Shown here one piece after another: positions 37,368 to 42,753 of a DNA stretch of 42,753 bases. The stretch lies in IMG/VR virus record IMGVR_UViG_2663763477_000009. One strand, written 5' to 3'. The notes under the pieces were generated by a model. That model was not told the DNA's origin, ran no database searches, and saw only the letters and a list, made by a program, of their open reading frames with translations. The translations under genes were made by a program, and so were the position numbers. Within the stretch, counting starts at the first letter, position 1, and every line of letters begins with the position of its first letter. This DNA is from a virus (taxonomy: Duplodnaviria; Heunggongvirae; Uroviricota; Caudoviricetes).

Positions 37368-39968
37368 ATGAGCACAAAACCACTCTTCCTGTTACGGAAA
37401 GCGAAAAAATCATCCGGTGAACCTGACGTCGTCCTGTGGGCAAGCAACGATTTTGAATCGACCTGTGCCACTCTGGACTACCTGATCGTTAAGTCAGGTA
37501 AAAAACTGAGCAGCTATTTTAAAGCTGTTGCCACGAATTTTCCTGTCGTTAATGACCTGCCCGCTGAAGGTGAGATCGATTTTACCTGGAGTGAACGCTA
37601 TCAACTCAGCAAAGACTCCATGACATGGGAACTAAAACCGGGAGCAGCACCAGACAACGCTCACTATCAAGGCAATACCAACGTCAACGGCGAAGACATG
37701 ACTGAGATTGAGGAGAATATGCTACTCCCAATTTCTGGCCAGGAACTGCCCATTCGTTGGCTTGCTCAACACGGCAGCGAAAAACCGGTAACGCACGTTT
37801 CACGCGACGGACTCCAGGCATTACACATTGCTCGGGCTGAAGAACTACCGGCTGTTACTGCCCTGGCTGTTTCCCACAAAACCAGCCTGCTCGACCCGCT
37901 GGAAATTCGCGAACTCCACAAACTGGTTCGTGACACTGACAAAGTTTTCCCTAATCCTGGTAATTCAAACCTGGGACTGATAACTGCTTTTTTCGAAGCA
38001 TACCTGAACGCTGACTACACCGATCGAGGACTGCTGACAAAAGAGTGGATGAAGGGTAATCGTGTTTCACACATCACTCGCACGGCTTCCGGTGCTAATG
38101 CTGGCGGCGGAAACCTCACCGATCGCGGCGAAGGTTTCGTACACGATCTGACGTCACTGGCGCGGGACGTAGCCACTGGCGTACTGGCCCGTTCAATGGA
38201 TCTGGACATCTATAACCTTCATCCGGCACACGCTAAACGCATTGAGGAAATTATCGCTGAAAATAAACCGCCCTTTTCTGTTTTCCGCGACAAATTCATC
38301 ACCATGCCTGGCGGGCTGGATTATTCCCGCGCCATCGTGGTTGCGTCCGTAAAAGAAGCACCAATTGGGATCGAGGTCATCCCCGCGCACGTCACTGAAT
38401 ATCTGAACAAAGTACTGACTGAAACCGATCATGCCAACCCTGATCCGGAAATCGTGGATATTGCCTGCGGTCGCTCCTCTGCCCCGATGCCGCAGCGAGT
38501 AACAGAAGAAGGAAAACAGGATGATGAAGAAAAACCGCAACCATCTGGAACAACGGCAGTTGAACAGGGAGAGGCTGAAACAATGGAACCGGACGCAACT
38601 GAACATCATCAGGACACGCAGCCGCTGGATGCTCAGTCACAGGTAAATTCTGTTGATGCGAAATATCAGGAACTGCGGGCAGAACTCCATGAAGCCCGGA
38701 AAAACATTCCATCAAAAAATCCTGTCGATGCCGATAAATTGCTTGCTGCATCACGTGGTGAATTTGTTGACGGAATTAGCGACCCGAACGATCCGAAATG
38801 GGTAAAGGGGATCCAGACTCGCGATTGTGTGTACCAGAACCAGCCAGAAACGGAAAAAACCAGCCCGGATATGAATCAACCTGAGCCAGTAGTGCAACAG
38901 GAACCGGAAATAGCCTGCAATGCCTGCGGCCAGACTGGCGGGGATAACTGCCCTGACTGTGGTGCGGTGATGGGCGACGCAACATACCAGGAAACATTCG
39001 ATGAAGAGAGTCAGGTTGAAGCTAAGGAAAATGATCCGGAGGAAATGGAAGGCGCTGAACATCCGCACAATGAGAATGCTGGCAGCGATCCGCATCGCGA
39101 TTGCAGTGATGAAACTGGCGAAGTCGCAGATCCCGTAATCGTAGAAGACATAGAGCCAGGTATTTATTACGGAATTTCGAATGAGAATTACCACGCGGGT
39201 CCCGGTGTCAGTAAGTCTCAGCTCGATGACATTGCTGATACTCCGGCACTGTATTTGTGGCGTAAAAATGCCCCCGTGGACACCACAAAGACAAAAACGC
39301 TCGATTTAGGAACCGCTTTCCACTGCCGGGTACTTGAGCCGGAAGAATTCAGTAACCGCTTTATCGTAGCACCTGAATTTAACCGCCGGACAAACTCCGG
39401 AAAAGAAGAAGAGAAAGCGTTTCTGAGGGAATGCGCAAGCACAGGAAAAACGGTTATCACTGCCGAAGAAGGCCGGAAAATTGAACTCATGTATCAGAGC
39501 GTTATGGCTTTGCCGCTGGGGCAATGGCTTGTTGAAAGCGCCGGACACGCTGAATCATCAATTTACTGGGAAGATCCTGAAACAGCAATTTTGTGTCGGT
39601 GCCGTCCGGACAAAATTATCCCTGAATTTCACTGGATCATGGACGTGAAAACTACGGCGGATATTCAACGATTCAAAACCGCTTATTACGACTACCGCTA
39701 TCACGTTCAGGATGCATTCTACAGTGACGGTTATGAAGCACAGTTTGGAGTGCAGCCAACTTTCGTTTTTCTGGTTGCCAGCACAACTATTGAATGCGGA
39801 CGTTATCCGGTTGAAATTTTCATGATGGGCGAAGAAGCAAAACTGGCAGGTCAGCTGGAATATCACCGCAATCTGCGAACCCTGGCTGACTGCCTCAATA
39901 CCGATGAATGGCCAGCTATTAAGACGTTATCACTGCCCCGCTGGGCTAAGGAATATGCAAATGACTAA
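37368..39968 (+). CDS. recE: Exodeoxyribonuclease VIII (RecE), full length
   Basis: 866 aa with an acidic/Pro-rich linker and a C-terminal nuclease domain; its stop overlaps the recT start. Confidence 0.9.
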   Translation: MSTKPLFLLRKAKKSSGEPDVVLWASNDFESTCATLDYLIVKSGKKLSSYFKAVATNFPVVNDLPAEGEIDFTWSERYQLSKDSMTWELKPGAAPDNAHYQGNTNVNGEDMTEIEENMLLPISGQELPIRWLAQHGSEKPVTHVSRDGLQALHIARAEELPAVTALAVSHKTSLLDPLEIRELHKLVRDTDKVFPNPGNSNLGLITAFFEAYLNADYTDRGLLTKEWMKGNRVSHITRTASGANAGGGNLTDRGEGFVHDLTSLARDVATGVLARSMDLDIYNLHPAHAKRIEEIIAENKPPFSVFRDKFITMPGGLDYSRAIVVASVKEAPIGIEVIPAHVTEYLNKVLTETDHANPDPEIVDIACGRSSAPMPQRVTEEGKQDDEEKPQPSGTTAVEQGEAETMEPDATEHHQDTQPLDAQSQVNSVDAKYQELRAELHEARKNIPSKNPVDADKLLAASRGEFVDGISDPNDPKWVKGIQTRDCVYQNQPETEKTSPDMNQPEPVVQQEPEIACNACGQTGGDNCPDCGAVMGDATYQETFDEESQVEAKENDPEEMEGAEHPHNENAGSDPHRDCSDETGEVADPVIVEDIEPGIYYGISNENYHAGPGVSKSQLDDIADTPALYLWRKNAPVDTTKTKTLDLGTAFHCRVLEPEEFSNRFIVAPEFNRRTNSGKEEEKAFLRECASTGKTVITAEEGRKIELMYQSVMALPLGQWLVESAGHAESSIYWEDPETAILCRCRPDKIIPEFHWIMDVKTTADIQRFKTAYYDYRYHVQDAFYSDGYEAQFGVQPTFVFLVASTTIECGRYPVEIFMMGEEAKLAGQLEYHRNLRTLADCLNTDEWPAIKTLSLPRWAKEYAND

Positions 39969-40770
39969 GCAACCACCAATCGCAAAAGCCGATCTGCAAA
40001 AAACTCAGGGAAACCGTGCACCAGCAGCAATTAAAAATAACGACGTGATTAGTTTTATTAACCAGCCATCAATGAAAGAGCAACTGGCAGCAGCTCTTCC
40101 ACGCCATATGACGGCTGAACGTATGATCCGTATCGCCACCACAGAAATTCGTAAAGTTCCGGCGTTAGGAAACTGTGACACTATGAGTTTTGTCAGTGCA
40201 ATCGTACAGTGTTCACAGCTCGGACTTGAGCCCGGTAGCGCCCTCGGTCATGCATATTTACTGCCTTTTGGTAATAAAAACGAAAAGAGCGGTAAAAAAA
40301 ACGTTCAGCTAATCATTGGCTATCGCGGCATGATTGATCTGGCTCGCCGTTCAGGTCAAATCGCCAGCCTGTCAGCCCGTGTTGTCCGTGAAGGTGACGA
40401 GTTTAATTTCGAATTTGGCCTTGATGAAAAGTTAATACACCGCCCAGGAGAAAACGAAGATGCCCCTGTTACCCACGTCTATGCTGTCGCAAGACTGAAA
40501 GACGGAGGTACTCAGTTTGAAGTTATGACGCGCAAACAGATTGAGCTGGTGCGCAGCCAGAGTAAAGCTGGTAATAACGGGCCGTGGGTAACTCACTGGG
40601 AAGAAATGGCAAAGAAAACGGCTATTCGTCGCCTGTTCAAATATCTGCCCGTATCAATTGAGATCCAGCGTGCAGTATCAATGGATGAAAAGGAACCACT
40701 GACAATCGATCCTGCAGATTCCTCTGTATTAACCGGGGAATACAGTGTAATCGATAATTCAGAGGAATAA
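39961..40770 (+). CDS. recT: Single-strand annealing protein RecT
   Basis: 269 aa from [14 protein letters not shown]...; recognised as RecT; the track ORF begins at an upstream alternative start. Confidence 0.9.
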   Translation: MTKQPPIAKADLQKTQGNRAPAAIKNNDVISFINQPSMKEQLAAALPRHMTAERMIRIATTEIRKVPALGNCDTMSFVSAIVQCSQLGLEPGSALGHAYLLPFGNKNEKSGKKNVQLIIGYRGMIDLARRSGQIASLSARVVREGDEFNFEFGLDEKLIHRPGENEDAPVTHVYAVARLKDGGTQFEVMTRKQIELVRSQSKAGNNGPWVTHWEEMAKKTAIRRLFKYLPVSIEIQRAVSMDEKEPLTIDPADSSVLTGEYSVIDNSEE

Positions 40771-40825
40771 TTCAGCCTGGCGGTGTAATGCACCGCCAAC
40801 TTGAAATATTTTTATGAGAAAAATT

Positions 40826-40975
40826 ATGAGATATGACAATGTTAAACCATGTCCATTTTGTGGTTGTCCATCAGTAACGGTGAAAGCCATTTCAGGATAT
40901 TACCGAGCGAAGTGTAACGGATGCGAATCCCGAACCGGTTATGGTGGAAGTGAAAAAGAAGCACTCGAACGATGA
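40826..40975 (+). CDS. ralR: Restriction-alleviation protein RalR/Lar-like, apparently ending at a premature TGA
   Basis: Reads MRYDNVKPCPFCGCPSVTVKAISGYYRAKCNGCESRTGYGGSEKEALER then TGA; reading through that codon gives 14 more codons (NKRTTGNNNGGVHV) to a TAA, i.e. a 64-codon frame. Confidence 0.5.
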   Translation: MRYDNVKPCPFCGCPSVTVKAISGYYRAKCNGCESRTGYGGSEKEALER

Positions 40976-41012
40976 AATAAACGAACCACTGGAAATAATA
41001 ATGGAGGTGTTC

Positions 41013-41201
41013 ATGTATAAAATTACCGCCACTATTGAAAAGGAAGGTGGCACTCCTACTAACTGGACAAGATATTCAAAATCTAAACTAACGAAATCAG
41101 AATGCGAAAAAATGCTCTCAGGTAAAAAAGAAGCAGGCGTTTCCAGAGAGCAGAAAGTAAAACTGATAAATTTTAATTGCGAGAAACTTCAGTCCTCGTG
41201 A
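41013..41201 (+). CDS. ydaC: YdaC-like small protein
   Basis: GGAGG RBS 5 nt before the ATG (MYKITATIEKEGGTPTNWTRYSK...); lies between ralR and xisR. Confidence 0.6.
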   Translation: MYKITATIEKEGGTPTNWTRYSKSKLTKSECEKMLSGKKEAGVSREQKVKLINFNCEKLQSS

Positions 41202-41300
41202 ATTGCATTGTATTCAAATTAAAACTTCATAGCTGATTATTAATAATCAACATCGGGCGTCAATTTAAGTCTAACATTGGCGCCTGCCAGAGGTGATGCG

Positions 41301-41516
41301 ATGGCACAAGTAATCTTTAATGAAGAGTGGATGGTTGAATACGGCCTGATGCTTCGCACTGGTCTGGGGGCCAGACAAATTGAAGCATACCGCCAGAACT
41401 GTTGGGTGGAAGGCTTCCACTTCAAACGAGTATCTCCTTTAGGGAAGCCAGACAGTAAGCGAGGGATTATCTGGTATAACTATCCAAAGATAAATCAGTT
41501 TATCAAAGACTCATGA
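41301..41516 (+). CDS. xisR: Excisionase XisR (YdaQ)
   Basis: 71 aa from the ATG after a GAGGTGA RBS; directly upstream of, and almost abutting, the integrase gene. Confidence 0.75.
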   Translation: MAQVIFNEEWMVEYGLMLRTGLGARQIEAYRQNCWVEGFHFKRVSPLGKPDSKRGIIWYNYPKINQFIKDS

Positions 41517-41517
41517 T

Positions 41518-42753
41518 ATGTCTAAATTACCAACAGGTGTCGAGATTCGAGGTAAATACATTCGCATCTGGTTCATGTTTCGAGGAAAACGATGTCGGGA
41601 AACATTGAAAGGCTGGGAGGTTACTAACAGTAACATTAAAAAAGCCGGGAATTTAAGAGCGTTGATAGTTCATGAAATCAATTCCGGTGAGTTTGAGTAT
41701 TTAAGACGTTTTCCCCAGTCCAGCACTGGGGCAAAAATGGTGACAACGAGGGTCATAAAAACGTTCGGGGAGCTTTGTGATATCTGGACAAAAATTAAAG
41801 AAACAGAGTTAACAACAAACACAATGAAGAAAACGAAATCACAATTAAAAACACTCAGGATAATAATTTGTGAGAGTACTCCGATATCGCATATTCGTTA
41901 TAGCGATATCTTAAACTACCGGAATGAACTGCTGCATGGAGAAACGCTTTACCTGGATAATCCAAGATCCAACAAAAAAGGAAGAACCGTGCGCACAGTT
42001 GATAACTATATCGCCCTGCTCTGTTCGTTGTTACGTTTTGCGTATCAGTCGGGATTTATATCAACCAAACCATTTGAAGGAGTAAAGAAATTACAGAGAA
42101 ACAGAATAAAGCCTGACCCGTTATCTAAAACAGAATTCAATGCATTAATGGAAAGTGAAAAAGGACAGAGCCAGAACTTGTGGAAATTTGCCGTATACTC
42201 CGGGCTTCGTCACGGGGAACTGGCTGCTCTGGCGTGGGAGGATGTGGATTTCGAGAAGGGAGTTGTGAATGTCAGAAGAAACCTGACGATACTGGATATG
42301 TTCGGTCCCCCAAAAACAAATGCGGGGATCCGGACGGTAACACTACTGCAGCCTGCTCTTGAAGCACTGAAGGAGCAATACAAACTGACCGGGCATCATC
42401 GCAAAAGCGAAATCACTTTTTATCATCGGGAGTACGGCAGAACCGAAAAGCAAAAACTGCATTTTGTTTTCATGCCCAGAGTGTGTAACGGAAAACAGAA
42501 ACCTTATTACTCGGTAAGCAGTTTGGGTGCGAGATGGAATGCAGCAGTAAAACGTGCTGGTATTCGCCGCCGTAATCCGTACCATACGCGGCATACTTTT
42601 GCCTGCTGGCTGTTGACGGCAGGAGCGAACCCGGCGTTTATAGCCAGCCAGATGGGGCATGAAACTGCGCAGATGGTGTATGAAATTTACGGTATGTGGA
42701 TTGATGACATGAACGACGAACAGGTAGCCATGTTGAATGCGCGGTTATCGTAG
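41518..42753 (+). CDS. intR: Tyrosine integrase IntR
   Basis: 411 aa; C-terminal catalytic region with ...HTRHTFACWLL... and an H-x-x-R/Y-containing tail; terminal gene of the prophage arm. Confidence 0.9.
   Translation: MSKLPTGVEIRGKYIRIWFMFRGKRCRETLKGWEVTNSNIKKAGNLRALIVHEINSGEFEYLRRFPQSSTGAKMVTTRVIKTFGELCDIWTKIKETELTTNTMKKTKSQLKTLRIIICESTPISHIRYSDILNYRNELLHGETLYLDNPRSNKKGRTVRTVDNYIALLCSLLRFAYQSGFISTKPFEGVKKLQRNRIKPDPLSKTEFNALMESEKGQSQNLWKFAVYSGLRHGELAALAWEDVDFEKGVVNVRRNLTILDMFGPPKTNAGIRTVTLLQPALEALKEQYKLTGHHRKSEITFYHREYGRTEKQKLHFVFMPRVCNGKQKPYYSVSSLGARWNAAVKRAGIRRRNPYHTRHTFACWLLTAGANPAFIASQMGHETAQMVYEIYGMWIDDMNDEQVAMLNARLS

Noticed and set aside
38193-39866. Several 70-150-aa minus-strand ORFs inside recE
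   Set aside because: All are antisense to the full-length 866-aa recE frame, which is strongly supported; the translations are low-complexity.

Overview
The window is almost entirely one lambdoid, Rac-type prophage of an Escherichia-like enterobacterium, read in the opposite orientation to the way I remember K-12 Rac. Unlike the defective K-12 copy it appears structurally complete. From left to right: tail genes on the minus strand (5' end of J, then I, K, L, M, tape measure, G/T chaperone, major tail), neck and head genes (capsid, scaffold, Mu-F-like morphogenesis protein, portal, large and small terminase), a ParB-like/GT-A-like pair, a phage-21-type lysis cassette (pinholin, SAR endolysin, Rz/Rz1) in which an Rz/Rz1-trkG unit is tandemly duplicated, two TolA-domain-III-like lipoprotein morons in the Q-to-S slot, a nin/Q region, an AT-rich cargo island, replication genes (ydaU/ydaV), the racR/ydaS/ydaT immunity switch, the early-left genes (sieB, kilR, ydaE, racC, recE, recT, ralR, ydaC), xisR and intR. 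The strongest candidate for an undescribed system is a translationally coupled two-gene module in the AT-rich island (28818-30857): one protein with a HEPN-like R-N-x3-H motif and one with a GNAT-like C-terminus. The TolA-III-like lipoprotein pair is the second candidate. All assignments rest on reading the ORF translations and remembered family features; no database search was run. Coordinates taken from the ORF track are reliable, while hand-counted ones (small ORFs, hairpins, motifs) may be off by 1-2 nt.
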